A stretch of DNA of 64,000 bases from Octopus vulgaris (GCA_951406725.2 OX597836.1:23064001-23128000); one strand, 5' to 3'; shown: positions 27,509 to 41,403, counted from the stretch's first letter. A program made the numbers and translations. Notes: generated by a model from the letters alone, not told the origin.

Positions 27509-28555
27509 CTGCAACAAATAATACGATTGGATGATGCATTAACAAATTAAAACAAAATAGAAGGATGCTGGTAAACATGATAACACTGGAGACATAGTAT
27601 GTGAAAGAGAGAGAAAAAAAGAGAGAAAGGAAGAAAGAATGAAAGAAAGAAAAAGAGACAGAACAAAGAGAGAGAGAAAAGAAGAAATGAAGACAAAGAG
27701 AAAGGAAGAGAGAAAGAGCACGTTGGTGCAGCTGGCTGAGATAGCACAATGCTAGATATTTTTAGATCAATTGTTTTACATCAAGTCAGACTCAAGAACT
27801 GACTACGATTATCATTCCTTCATTGTTGGCATAAGTTATATAATAAAATGGATCTTGGTCAGAATTTCTGACTATGAGTGTTCAGTTGTTTGATCAACTA
27901 CACTGCCAGGCTCACTGTCCAACCCATGCCAGCATGGAAAACAGACGATAAAGGATGGTGATGATGATGATGATGATGATGATGATGTATACACCTTGAA
28001 GATATATCCTCATAATCTGTTTCTTGTATTTTTTATTATATAACCAATGTCACTGGTTTCAAATTTTGACACAAGGTCAACTGTTGTAAGGGAGGAGTTA
28101 ATTCGATCACATTGACCAAAGTACGCAACTGGTACTTTTGTTTATTGACCTCCAAAAGGATGAAAGGCAAAGTCAAACTTGGAGGAATTTCAACTCAGAA
28201 TGTAAAGACAGACGAAATACTGCTAAGCATTATGCCCGGTGTGCTAACAATTTTGCCAGCTTGCTACTTTTATACTCCATATTAAAAGATGATGATGATA
28301 ATGATCATTACGTCAACAGCAATGACGATGATGAAAACGATTAACCTAATTTCCGTTGACAATCGAAACTATTTACTGAAGCTCTGACACTGTCAGAAAA
28401 GCTGTTAACCTTTAAAGAACTTCTTAATTGATGTAAAAACTTTTCTCAATTCTGATTTCATTTTTTAACAAATGAATAGACACAATAATACTCAAGCTTC
28501 ATCATTAACATTGACAAGTTAATTAAAAAGAAAAAAATGAGGAAGATTAACTGAC

Positions 28556-28837
28556 CTTCTGAGGAGGTTTTCCAATACTAAACTCAATGTAATAACCCTG
28601 TCCTGGCTGTCCATGTAGGTCCCTGGATGACATAAAGTAAGGCGTTTGCTGGGATCGACCAGTTTCTGGGAAGATTTGTAACTTGTTTATAGTGGTGGTT
28701 CTAATTAATGGAACATGTATAATTGATTGGTGGCTGCTGATAATATTTAATAATGAACTGAACACAAGAAGGATAGACCATCTGGCTTTGAGAAACCAGT
28801 TTGGTAGAAGTGCTGCAGCAATTCCAAGAGCTTCCAT
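28556..28837 (-). CDS. BACE: Beta-secretase (BACE1/2-like aspartic protease), coding exon 1: signal/pro region to ...GQPGQGYYIEFSIGKPPQK
   Basis: ATG at 28837; hydrophobic signal-like segment; LHGQPGQGYYIEFSIGKPPQK resembles BACE [21 protein letters not shown]; donor AAG|GTCAG at 28556/28555; upstream acceptor ttttccag at 28980 implies exon start 28979. Confidence 0.92.
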
Positions 28838-28902
28838 GTTAACTGAGAAGGACGTTGTACAAATTCTCAGTTAAAATTTGGTGTGGGCAGTTTTATAGTA
28901 TT

Positions 28903-28956
28903 TTATTTCTCTGTCATCTCTTTCAAAGAGATGAAAATGCCAGGTTACCTCGGCAT
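28903..28956 (-). promoter_or_regulatory. Two short uORFs in the BACE-like 5' UTR
   Basis: ATG CCG AGG TAA (28956-28945) and ATG ACA GAG AAA TAA (28917-28903), between the acceptor at 28980 and the main ATG. Confidence 0.55.
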
Positions 28957-29139
28957 CTTCCTGAATGGATGGAACAATTCTGGAAAATACAAGAACAAAA
29001 TTTTAGCAACAAGAAGAAAAAAAAAAAAAAATTAAATTAAAAAAAGGTAGTCACCCCCACCCCCAAAATAAATACATGCACTATATATTCATTCTTCATT
29101 TGTTTATTGCTGTTCTTATTCTAACTTACAACCACTGAA

Positions 29140-29177
29140 CGGAAACCTTTCGTCACACACCTGCGACCTCTTCAGCG
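29140..29177 (-). ncRNA. Putative minimal hammerhead ribozyme with canonical core, decayed
   Basis: CG-CTGAAGA-G-GTCGC-AGGTGT-GTGAC-GAAA-GGTT-TC-CG; stem I only 2 bp. Confidence 0.55.
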
Positions 29178-29532
29178 ACACTTTCTGCCTTCATGTGTGC
29201 TCTAGCTCTACTTATTTCATTATGAAATAAGTGGAGCAAGACACACACACACACACACATATATATATGTATATATATGTGTGTGTGTGTGTCTATGTGT
29301 GTATGTCTTTGTGTCTATGTTTGTCTGCCCACCACTACTTGACAACTGGTGTTGGTGTGCTTACGTCTCCATAACTTAGCAGTTCGGTAAAATGAAACCA
29401 ATAGAATAAGTACTAGGCTTTAAAAAATGTCCTAGGGTCAATTTGTTCGACTAAAGCCCTTCAAGGCGGTGCCCCAACATGGCCACAGTCAAATTAGTGA
29501 AACAAGTAAAAAAGTAAACATCATCATCATAA

Positions 29533-30265
29533 TCATCATCATTTAACGTCCGCTTTCCATGCTAGCATGGGTTGGACGGTTCAACTGGGGTCTGGGGAGC
29601 CCGAAGGCTGCACCAGGCCAGTCAGATCTGGCAGTGTTTCTACAGCTGGATGCCCTTCCTAACACCAACCACTCCGAGAGTGTAGTGGGTGATTTTATGT
29701 GCCACCGACACAGGTGCCAGATGAGGCTGGCGAACGGCCACGCTCGGATGGTGTTTTTATATGCCACCGACACAGGTGCCAGATGAGGCTGGCGAACGGC
29801 CACGCTCGGATGGTGTTTTTATGTGCCACCGACACAGGTGCCAGACGAGGCTGACGAACGGCCACGATCGGATGGTGTTTCTTACATGCCCACAGTACGG
29901 AGGCCAGTCGATGCGGTACTGGCTACGGCCACGTTCGGATGGTTTTCTTGTGTGCCACCGGCACTGGTACCACAAAGATACAAATTCCATTGATGTTCAT
30001 CTATTTTGATTTGATTTGATTTGATTTTCACTTGCCTCAACAGGTCTTCACAAGTGTCACAAGAAGGAAGGAAGGTATGCACAGGTGAACTGACAACGTC
30101 CCAGGTAGGGGCCACGGGTTATGGCCTGACTAGTCTTGCCGGGTCTTCGGATGATGTTTTTATGTGTCTCCGACACAGGTGCCAGATGGATGGTGTTTGT
30201 TACGTGCCCACAGCACGGAGGCCAGTCGATGCGGTACTGGCTACGGCCACGTTCGGATGGTTTTT
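29533..30265 (-). mobile_element. Retroposon family C with (GAT)n tail and internal 62-bp tandem repeats
   Basis: Ends ...GCATGGAAAGCGGACGTTAAA(TGA)n; near-identical copy 62887-63360; other copies ~1107-1246, 8820-9070, 16657-17030, 23485-23708, 25540-25815, 34640-35200, 43963-44185. Confidence 0.8.
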
Positions 30266-31354
30266 AAACAAATAAAAGAAAAAAGCTCCAAGTATTTCAG
30301 CAACATGCAGGTTGCCAAGGACCTCCTATTTGACCAACTGGACAAGAGCTGCCAGTCATAGAGGGAGCTGTTGCAGCAATATAAACATGTCTTCAAAGTT
30401 TACAACAGTGTGAACTCTCATGTTTTAATAATAGACTTGGATGAAACAAACACTGAACCTATTTTGATCTCCCAGCTAAAATCCTGTTCCACAACAGACA
30501 ATCATATGGTCTCTTCAAGTTGAACCTGAGCAGCAGTTGGCCAGACATGACAAATTCATCCTAAAACATGAGAAACACAAGGCCAGAAACAGCTACTATG
30601 CCTTCATTTGTCACAGCCATACTTATCATTACTGTAAACAGTCCAGTCCGGTATCACAGGGAACTGTATGATACATCCAACACTGATATTGCAGCTGACA
30701 TGTGTAAATGCATGCACGTATGTGTATGCATATATAAGGTACATAAACATAAATTTAAGTCTGTGTGCATATACACATTATATAGTATGTATGTATGTGT
30801 CTATTATGTATTATCTTTTTTTAACATCTGCTTTCCAAGCTAGCATGGGATGGACAGTTTGATCAAAGCTGGTAAGCCTGAGAGAGCTGCACCAGGATCT
30901 AGTCTATTTTGCCTTGGTTTCTACAGCTGGATGCCCTTCCTTATGCCAACCACTTTACAGAGTGGATGCCTTTTATATGTCACTGGCACTGACCACAACC
31001 ATGAGTTCATTTAGCTTGAGATGTCTTTTCAAGTAAAGCAAATCGCCAGAAGTCTTTGTCACTTGTCATTGGCTCTGCGAGATTCAGCAACCAAAGATCA
31101 TATTTCACCACTTCATCCCATGTCTTCCTGTCTGTGTATGTTTATATGTATGTGTGTATATATGTGTGTGTGTGCATATGTACCTGATGTATATATGTGT
31201 ATATACATACATTATATATGTTATTGTGTTAATAAAAATTAGAAAGTAAATAATTTGGCTAAACACATATGTGTTAATGTTGGTTTTATCTTTTGGCTTG
31301 TAGTTTTTGATTTTTGTGAATAGAGAATTGGGTTGGAGGGCCAAAAACTGAAGA

Positions 31355-31471
31355 CCTGTGTGTGGGTGTGTGAGTGAGAGAGAGAGATAGAGAGAGTATG
31401 TGCATGTGAGAGAGAGTGTAGATGCAATTGTGTTTGTGTGTGTGAGAAGATGAATGTGTAAGAAAGAGTGT

Positions 31472-31520
<49 letters not shown>

Positions 31521-31559
31521 TATGTGTGTGTGTGTGTGTGTGTGTGAGAAACTGTAGAT

Positions 31560-31590
<31 letters not shown>

Positions 31591-31680
31591 AAGAGTGTGT
31601 AGATGTGATTGTGTGTGAATGCAATTGTCTGTGTGTGTGAAAAAGAGTGTGTAGAAGCAATTGTGTGTGTGTGTGTGTAG
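31355..31680. repeat. Compound (GT)n/(GA)n microsatellite
   Basis: Direct inspection. Confidence 0.9.
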
Positions 31681-32269
31681 TCTGTTTTACCAATTTCAAA
31701 GAGTGGACTTTTACAGCTGGCCATGTAATACATCTCACATGTTAAGCAATCAGATAGCGGGCCACTCGCTGTCACCACTCCAACCACCACCATCACCACC
31801 ACCACACCACCCCCGGCCCCCAGTCCATCCGTACCCTTATCGTTACAACAGTCTCCTGACAACTGATATAAATTCTGCTAATTTACCTGTTTTGTGGTGA
31901 TAGTATAGGTGGTGGTGGTGGTGGTAGTGGTATGCTGCTGGAAGGAGATTGATGAGGGCAGTGGTGATGGTGATGCCCTGCTCAGTGGCGGGAGGGGGGG
32001 GAGTTTGGCTGGACTTCACATTACCAGTCAGATATAAATTATCTCCTGGTAGTCGTCATAGTAATGGTGATGTATAATAGCAACATGTGGTGGGGTGAGA
32101 GTACTAATGGCGGTGCATGGAGATGAAATTTAAAGAAAATTAAATGATTATGTATAATACACAATCTTGGATACACATAATCCCATATCTACAAGCACAG
32201 ACAAACATTTGCAACTACACACACACAAACACACACACACCACTCATGAATAATCACGTCGATACACAC

Positions 32270-32920
32270 ACATACAAACTACATAGCTTCACACACACAC
32301 ACATACAAACTGCATATCTACATAAACACACACACTCACACAAACTACATATCTACACACAATCACACACACATTCACACAAACTACATATCTACACACA
32401 ATCACATATACACACACAGAAACTACATATCTACACACAATCACCAATACACACACAGAAACTACATATCTACACACAATCATATATACACACACAGAAA
32501 CTACATATCTACACACAATCATATATACACACACAGAAACTACATATCTACAATACACACACATAAACTACATAGCTACACACACATACAAACTGCATAT
32601 CTACACAAACACACACATACAAACTGCATATCTACACAAACACACACATACAAACTGCATATCTACACAAACACACACACAATCACACATACACACACAC
32701 ACACACACACAAACTGTATACCTACAATACACACAATCACACAATCATATATACACACACAGAAACTACATATCTACAATACACACACACATTCAAACTG
32801 CATATCTACATAAACACACACACAATCACACAAACTACATATTTACACACAATCACACATACAGAAACTATATATCTACAATACACAGATACAGACACAA
32901 ACACACACACACACACACAC
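32270..32920. repeat. CA-rich minisatellite (~39-bp unit cacacacagaaactacatatctacacacaatcatatata)
   Basis: Direct tandem repeats. Confidence 0.9.
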
Positions 32921-35900
32921 ACATGTACAAAGTGCAAAGCATAACTAAAAGACTCGAATCTCCACTTCCATCCCCAAGTAATAAGATGCAGATAAAATAC
33001 AAAACTAATTGGTAAAAATAATTACGACTAGCTGTATTAATTAATTATGTTACAGTGAAATATATAACAAATTATCAGTGTCTGTTCTACTCAGAACAGT
33101 TTGGGTGACCTCTTGTTAAACTATGTGACCATTCAATGAAGGAACCTCGTTTTATCTGCTAGAAATAGCAGCCAATTCTCATTCAAATCACACATAACTT
33201 TAAAAAAAAAAAAGAAGAAAGGGCACATTGGATTGTATTGTTCACCTTAAAAAGATGGATGATCACAACTGGACTCGTTTAGACCATAGGTCAGTGTGTG
33301 GGAGGTGAGGTCAGCATCTTAGATGACCAGTAGTGTGAGTAGGATGGTATGTAGTACAGTAGTGGGAGGGTAGGTGAATAACAAAGAATTTACTAGAAAC
33401 TGAAAGAAGAGTGAGAAGGAAGATCTGTTTTTTAAACCTGAAGCTAATTTTGTTGTTATTTAACCCCAGGTAGCTCTGCTCAAGCATACCTATCGCCAAA
33501 GACCTTCTGCCTGTAACCATTCTTTATTTTTTTCCTATATAGCTGCATGGCTGTGTGGTAAGAAGCTTGCTTCTCAACCACATGGTTCCAGGTTCAATCC
33601 CACTGCATAACACCTTTGGTAAGAGTTTTCCACCATAACCTCAGGCTGACCAAAGCCTTGTGAATGGATTTGGTAGACAGAAACTGAAAGAAGCCCATCA
33701 TATATATATATATATATATGTGTGTGTGTTTGTGTGTGCATGTGTCTACTACCACCATTTGAGAAACGGTGTTGGTGTATTTACATCCCCATAACTTACC
33801 AGTTTGGCAAAAGAGATTGATAGAATAAGTACCAGGCTTTACAAAAAATAATAAGTTTGACCAAAGTTTTTCAAGGCAGTGCCCCAGCATAGCCGCTTTC
33901 TAATGACTGGAACAAATAAAGGATAAAAGATATACCAAATCTAGAAACACGTTATTCAATGTTCTTTACTTTGAAAAGTTTACAATGAGATTACATATCC
34001 ACTGATGATGTTCAATGGGGTAGAAACTCATCTGAAGTTGTCTCCCATACATGACAAAAAATATTAGTTATTAACCATTATCTTGTCCCTATACTGTACA
34101 TATTATTTTACTCTAAATTTTTAATTATCTTTCATTACCATCATCATCAGGGTAAAGAGTAAAGACCCCCTTCAGTCATGAATAACCATGGGATTACACC
34201 AAGAAAGTTCCCCTCCAAGGTACAAGTCCAGGCAAGGTTGTTTATGGAAGACCGGCAATTGCTCATGCATACCCTCTCCACGCAACAGATGTTATCGAAG
34301 GGAAAGGCAAAGGCTGATACAGCTTGGCACCAGTGACGTCGCAACTCATTTCTACAGCTGAGTGAACTGGAACAATGTGAAATAAAGTGTCTTGCTCAAG
34401 AACACAACACACCACATGGTCCAGGAATCGAACTCACAACCTCATGAATGTGAGCTCAGTGCTCTAACCACTGAGCCATGTACCTTCACCATCAACAGCA
34501 TTGATTTCATGTCAGTTATTTTTTTTATATGCTAGCATGGATTGGACAATACCTGCTGAGGCAGTCTTCTATGGCTGGTTGTCTTTCCTGACACCAATCC
34601 TTACTTGTTTTTAAATATTTTTTTTTTATTCTACAGGTATTTTACATGCTGGTGCCACATAAAAAGCAACCATGCTGATGTCACATTAAAAGCACTCATT
34701 CTGGTGCAACGTAAAAAGTACCCATGCTGGTGCCACGTAAAAAGCAACTGTGCTGGTGTCATGTAAAAAGCACCTGTGCCACATGAAAAGCGCCTGTGCT
34801 GGTGTCATGTAAAAAGCACCTGTGCCACATGAAAAGCACCTGTGCTGGTGCCACATGAAAAGCACCTGTGTTGGTGTCACATAACTAACACCTGTGTTGG
34901 TGTCACATAACTAACACCTGTGCAAGTGTCACATAAAAAGCAGACAAGCTGATGTCATATTAAAAGCATCCATGCTGGAGCTACATCAAAAGCATTTGTG
35001 CTGGTTCCATGTATAAAGCACTAATGCTGCTGCTACATGAAAAGCACCCAGTACACTCTGTACAGTGGCTGGCATTAGGAAGGGCATCCAGTTGTAGAAA
35101 CAATGCCAATCCGGAGCATGGACAGCTCTCTGGCTTTCCAGTTTCAGTCAAACCATCTAACTCATACCAGCATGGAAAACGGATGTATGATGATGATGAT
35201 ACATATACCTCTTTGTATGTAGGAATGCATATGGACATCCAGTTTAGTGTGGGATGGTTCCCACACTAAAGGAAAATGAAAAAAAAAAAACAATAAAACA
35301 AAATAAAATAAAATAATAATCATTGAACTTAAGTGAGTCTTCTTAGCAGAGAATATTTTTTAAGTGATTGTACCAATCCTTGTTTAGTGGATGGAACTGA
35401 ATTATATCCTGTTGCCTATAAAACAGCTCAGGTTTCCCACATAACAACATACAATAATGTATTACAGAAATAAACTGACACACACAAACACACAGAGATA
35501 CATATATACATATATGCAAATACACACATACAAATGCATGCGTGCACACACACACACACACACACGCACTGTTCATACTAGACATTTTACTTCTTTGATA
35601 AAAATATAAAAGTTAGACACAAAACAAAGAAGAAAAAAAACAGGTTACAGTATTAAACCTCACCTTCCCAACGTCCTGTAAAGTGTGTCATTTTACTGTA
35701 TGTGTGGAGGTGGGGAGGATAGGGGGATTATAGTTTCAACACATCCAAAAATAAAAAAACCACAAAATCGTTTACAAAGCATGCATGAAAACAAATATAC
35801 AAATATAGACACACACACTCTAGGACTATCCTCACACATGCATCAGTGTTTTCAAAAACAGTAGAATATATAGCTAGGCGCAAGCGTGGCAAGATGCTTG

Positions 35901-36017
35901 TTTCATGACTGGGTTCAGTCCCACTGCACAGCACCTTGGGCATTGTCTTCTACTATAGCTTTGGGCCAACCAAAGCTTTGAGAGTGGATTTGGTAGACGG
36001 AAACTGAAAGAAGCTAG

Positions 36018-36049
<32 letters not shown>

Positions 36050-36054
<5 letters not shown>

Positions 36055-36460
36055 TAAATTAGAGATAAAACCATTATTATGCAACTCAAACAGTGATAGA
36101 CATAAACCAAAACATAAATAACAAATAAAATATTATAATTTTAATTGAATTTATTTCAATTGAATTTAAATATAATTGTAATTCGAATTTAATTGTAGCC
36201 ATGAAACGTACATAGCTTTTTTACTTATTATATATTGATTATTCAATTATATTATACTTTTTGAGATCTAGTTTATATGTTTTATAAAAATATATTTTAT
36301 TTGTTATTTATGTTTTGGTTTATGTCTATCACTGAGTTGCATAATAGTGGTTTTATCTCTAATTTATATTTTATATAATTATATTGTGAAATTTGATTTA
36401 ATACTAATTTGAATTTTTCCCTGTACGTTTGGAGTTATACTCCCTAATATTATTATTATA
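36050..36460. mobile_element. AT-rich fold-back element next to (TA)n (same family at 62160-62530)
   Basis: ~80-bp inverted arms (aattagagataaaaccatt.../...ggttttatctctaatt) and shared tail ...ggagttatactccctaatatt in both copies. Confidence 0.7.
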
Positions 36461-36799
36461 ACGGATTAGTAAGTGCAGACTGGCACATAATGATAAGAAA
36501 TGTGTGTGTGTGTGTGTGCGTGCATGCGTGCGTGCATGAATGTGTCAATCTCCTGGTATACTGCAGATGTCTCAGTACAAACACAAAAGCCAAAACTTAC
36601 AAAACAGGATTTAACACAGGAAAAGAAAAAAAATTTGAAACTAAAAATACAATACTGCTGTGTAGTTAAGAAGTTCATTTTGCAGTCACTTAATTCCAGG
36701 TTCAGTCCCACTGTACAGCAACTTGAGCAAGTTTCTTCTACTAAGACCCCAAACTGACAAATGTTTTCTGAATGAATTTGGTACATGGAAAATATATTG

Positions 36800-36835
<36 letters not shown>

Positions 36836-37584
36836 AATGAGAGAAAGTGGGTGAAGGGAATGGAAAAGATAAATCCAGACTACATATGTTTCCAAGTCAA
36901 TCTGAATGTTTTATGTAACTTCTCAAACACATACACAGCTTAACACTTTTTTTAGGTTGAATTATTTGCAGTTGTCATCATTGTCATAAAGAAAAAGTGT
37001 AGAAATTACCAATTTAGTCACAGCTGAATGGTAGGTGGAAACCAATGAATTTCATTAGTCATTAGACAAGCTGTTTCCACCTAGCATCCTGTTGTAGCTG
37101 AATTAGTGAATTGTTCACTTTTCTTCTTGCAACAATGACTTACAACCAATGGTAATTCAACAAAAAAAAGAGCTAAGTAGTATTTATGTGTGGTAAGACA
37201 TATTGAGATTGGCTTGCAAACATTTGTAGTTGGGATTTACCTCCTCAATTCACTACATCCTTTAATTTAAAATCACTATTATCACATAACTAACAATCTT
37301 CATTGCTAAACCAGGAGTTGTATAGTGGCAGTCATCTTATTGAAATTTCCATCTATTTTGATATGGGACAAAGTGTATAACATATGCTGATTAATAAGCT
37401 TTGTTGATCAAGTACCATCCACTTTTTGTCATCTGTACAAGCCATTTCTTTGTTTGATGCTTACTGACTTCCTGCACCAAGATCTTTTTGAACCACACTA
37501 CTCTGTCATCATTTAATGTCCATCTTCCATACTGGCATGGATTGGATGGTTTGAAGGACCTGGTAAATCCAAGGACTGTACTTA

Positions 37585-37837
37585 CTTGTGACGGCATCAC
37601 GAACCATGGCAGCCCACGCTCGATGGTCCTGTGCGAGGTCACTGGAAATAGCGAGCCATTCGCGTTCCATCTGCGCAGACCAACCACCTGCGGACCTGAG
37701 AGTTCGGAGAGGTCCTCCTTTATCATCGTTGCCCAGGTCTTCAGCTGCTCGCCCGTGCGTTTGTGCCAGTTGGGAAGTGGAGGTGGTAGGAGGACATCGT
37801 GAATCAGCTCACCCTCTGGACACCGAGACGTATGACC
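37585..37837 (-). mobile_element. RTE-clade LINE ORF C-terminal fragment
   Basis: GHTSRCPEGELIHDVLLPPPLPNWHKRTGEQLKTWATMIKEDL.../...DLAQDHRAWAAMVRDAV; one frameshift; GC-rich. Confidence 0.8.
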
Positions 37838-38108
37838 TAATTACTGCCAAAGGTGGTCCTACCTCATATTAAAATTAATTTGTTTGAAATTTTAAGGCGT
37901 TTCCATTATTTTGTCCAACCCCTGTATATAAAAATTCAGTCAAATACATTTACATATACAGACACACAGCACGGATTTTTGTCCGTGAACAGGTCGCGGA
38001 TTTTAGCGACGAAAATATTTTGACAAATTAAACTTAAATGTTGAAGTGAATCGAACGGCTTTTGTGTGTTTCTTAAATGGCTTACAAACACCTTCCACGC
38101 TGCAATTG

Positions 38109-38138
<30 letters not shown>

Positions 38139-38143
<5 letters not shown>

Positions 38144-38345
38144 GGCCAAAAGTCATGCAACTAAAAAATTTTATTTTTTTTTTTTTAATATGTATACATT
38201 ATTATTCATTTTGTTCATCAAATATAAGTACACTTGTATTCATCACTATTTTATTTATTTTATTCAGTTTTAGAAAAATTGAAGTATGTCTGACAATTCC
38301 AGTGCATATTGAATTTTATTTTGTGCATGACTTTTGGCTCACCCT
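38139..38345. mobile_element. Tc1/mariner-type MITE
   Basis: TIRs agggtggccaaaagtcatgca / tgcatgacttttggctcaccct flanked by TA; partial copies at ~42352 and ~56765-56910. Confidence 0.75.
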
Positions 38346-39786
38346 ATATATATATATGCACACACACACACACGAGAAAGAGAAAATCAAATACAACAGT
38401 GTGGTTGTTATCCAACTTGTTACTATTCTATTCCCTGGTGTTCTAATTTCAATACAAGAATTAGCACAAACCTCATCATCCTGACACCCATAAAGTAATA
38501 AATCCAGAATGGTAAAGACTAGGTAAGATACCAAACTGGATACGGTAATAATCAGACAGTGTAGGGAACAGGATATTCAATAATGATAACAGTTACTAAT
38601 GAAAGTCTTGTCACCAGTAGACCATTGTGTCTATGGCCAGCACTACTTGATTCATAGTGGCTGAATCAGCCTGGTTCTAAGTTGGTATCACATGGTGAAC
38701 AGTTAAAAATCACCTACACACTTAACTTTTCTCAATGAACAAGTCCACCAATGTAGGAATAGTACCTATTTCTTTATTACCCACAAGGGGCTAAACACAG
38801 AGGGGACAAACAAGGACAGACATAGGTATTAAGTCGATTACATCGACCCCAGTGCGTAACTGGTACTTAATTTATCGACGCCGAAAGGATGAAAGGCAAA
38901 GTCGACCATGGCAGAATTTGAACTCACAACGTAACGGCAGACGAAATACCGCTAAGCATTTCGCCCGGCTTGCTAACGTTTCTGCCACAGGTAAAATAAG
39001 TCACTGTTGTAGGCCATGGCAGTTTTGCAAAATTGCAAGTCCTTCATTGCAAATATGACTACCACCTGACTATGCCCTCAATTCATTTTAGGTGAACTCT
39101 AAAAGGACATTGCTCTTTCACAAACACACACACACATACATATCATAAATCAATGAGACAGTTATATTGAATTTCTGAACTTGGAACACACCATAAATTG
39201 AACTTAGTATGCAGTGCTTTCTTCTTTGTACTAGTCATATAAATAAACTCGTTCTCTCTCTCTCTCTCACTCCCTTTGGTCTCTCACCATATATATATAT
39301 GTTTATTTATAATGTATGTCTGCCTGAACAGCAACAGCTGCCAGTTGATTATAAAAATTCTACAACTTGCATTATTGAATACTAAGAGTCACTTTATTCT
39401 TTGATCCAACCTCCTCCTTAGTCCAACCCACAGAATCCATAAACATAATTATTCTATAGAAATCCAATAAACATACATATATTGGGTTATTTGGTGAATT
39501 TTCTTCTCATTTTGGCCATTGTCTTCCCATTTTTTCCTTCTTCTATGTCTTTATTTAAATTTACTTATTTTAAACTGGTTGGTGTGAAACTACAAGCTGT
39601 CACACTTGTTATGGAATGTAAAACGATTGATCGATGTAAGAGTGCAACATCAATATAACAAAGACTTCTCATTACTAATACATCAACAAGTAAACATTTG
39701 TAATTATCATATAATTAGCATATAGCGTAGTGGTTAAGAGTACGGGCTACTAACCCCAAGATTCTGAGTTCAATTCCATGCAGTGA

Positions 39787-39819
<33 letters not shown>

Positions 39820-40009
39820 GTAAACATTTGGTATCTTGTTATTGTTTAATCAACTGAGGTCACATTCAACCAGGTGAGGTCTGACCAAGGAAGTTCCAGG
39901 CATGATCACACCATTCGTTAATTCACAATCCATTTGGAGCGGTGGTTCTTAACCAGGGTCCATGTAAGATTTAGTGGGGTCCATGTAACAAAATAGTAAA
40001 TTGGGGATT

Positions 40010-41062
40010 TCAACCCAAAGTAAGAGATAATACTAGCTACAGATGCTAGAAAGTATGGGATAGGGGCCATGTTCCTACACAAGGATAATGATGGCAGGAG
40101 AAAGGCAATAGCTCACACGTCAAGGACATAATTGCTGGTGGAAAAGTGCTGTAGCCAAATCGAAAAAAAGGCTTTGGTTATCACATTTAGCGTGAAAAAA
40201 TTCTACAGGTTCATTCAGAGCAGATGGTTCTGGTTGCAAACGGACCATAGACCCCTAATAATATAAGGATCCAAGAAAGGAATCCTGACACGTATGGCAA
40301 ACAGACTGCAGTGGTGGGGTACCATTCTATTAAACTATGATTATAGAATGGAATGTCTACCTTCAAAAAAGTTTGGGCATGCCAATGGTCTGTCCAGGCT
40401 AATTCCGAGAAATAACAAACCACTGGAGGACACTGTAATAGCAGCACTGAGAGTGGAAGCAGAAACAAAAAAAAGTGATGCGGAACATCATACGTGAACT
40501 ACCAGTAACTTTGGAAGAAATAGAAAGAAATGCGAGAAATGACAAATTTATTAACCCTTTCGTTACTGTATTTATTTTCAGATGCTTTGTGTTCCTTTTA
40601 ATTACTTTAAATATAACAAAGAATTTAGTAAAATAACTTAGTTATCAATCAGCTAGTGTTAGGAACATAAATTTGGTGGAACATAAGGTTTGGTGGAAGA
40701 TTTTAATTCAAAACTTATGAAAACAAGACATTTGTACTCAGTGCCAGAGCCGGTTTCAGCCGGGTTGGTAATGAAAGGGTTAATGAGACAATAAGAAAAC
40801 TGTGGTCAACAAAAGGAAATAAAGAAAGGTCTGATGCAAAGAACTGCTAAGATGTGAACATGTACTCTATATGTGATGGTGTACTAATATACGCTCAGAG
40901 GGTGGTCCCACCACAGACATTACAGAAGAGAATACTAAAATAGTTCCATGTGGGACACCCAGGCATCTCTAGCATGAAAGCGCTGATGCAAAGTTTTGTA
41001 TACTGGCTAAGCATGGACAAGGAAGTTGAAAACCTGGTAAAAGGCTGCAGAGGATGTGTGCA
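40010..41062 (+). mobile_element. Ty3/gypsy LTR retrotransposon pol relic (RNase H and integrase zinc-binding region)
   Basis: TDARKYGIGA...SQIEKKAL...TDHRPL; NRLQWW...FGHANGLSRL; HVGHPGISSMK...VYW...VKGCRGC; stops and frameshifts. Confidence 0.9.
40555..40779. mobile_element. piggyBac-type MITE nested in the gypsy relic
   Basis: TTAA|CCCTTTCGTTAC...GTAATGAAAGGG|TTAA; elements with similar CCCTTT ends at ~20398-20617 and ~23366-23795. Confidence 0.85.
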
Positions 41063-41169
41063 TAAATATATGTATATATGCATGCATACATACATACATA
41101 CATACATACATACATACATACATAGAGATACATAGACATACATATAGATTCATACACATATAGATATAC

Positions 41170-41403
41170 ATGTTGTTGGCATCCTTTTTGTCTCGGGAGA
41201 CAATGGAGTTGCGCATAAAATAGTCCAGTCCGGCTTTTACATTTCATGTCCTGATACATTTCCTGCTGTGGCTGTGTAGTCCTATCCTGGACAAACACTC
41301 CCTCTGGCAGGTACCGCAAATGTAGCGAGGACTGTTCCTGGCTGGTTGTAATGTCATAGTTTCTTGTTGACGTCTTTTCTTGTCTTTCCATTTCTCCTCT
41401 CTC
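41170..41403 (-). mobile_element. RTE LINE 3' end with C2HC zinc finger
   Basis: YICGTCQRECLSRIGLHSHSRKC followed by a short tail ending gatgccaacaaca. Confidence 0.8.

Noticed and set aside
29697-29880. CRISPR-like or hammerhead-like reading of the 62-bp repeats (CAGATGAGG...GCGAA)
   Set aside because: No unique spacers, eukaryotic context, and no proper stem I/II or GAAA-UH arrangement
30290-30600. Coding-like stretch (KDLLFDQLDKSCQS...)
   Set aside because: Stops in frame and no recognisable motif; probably an unclassified TE relic
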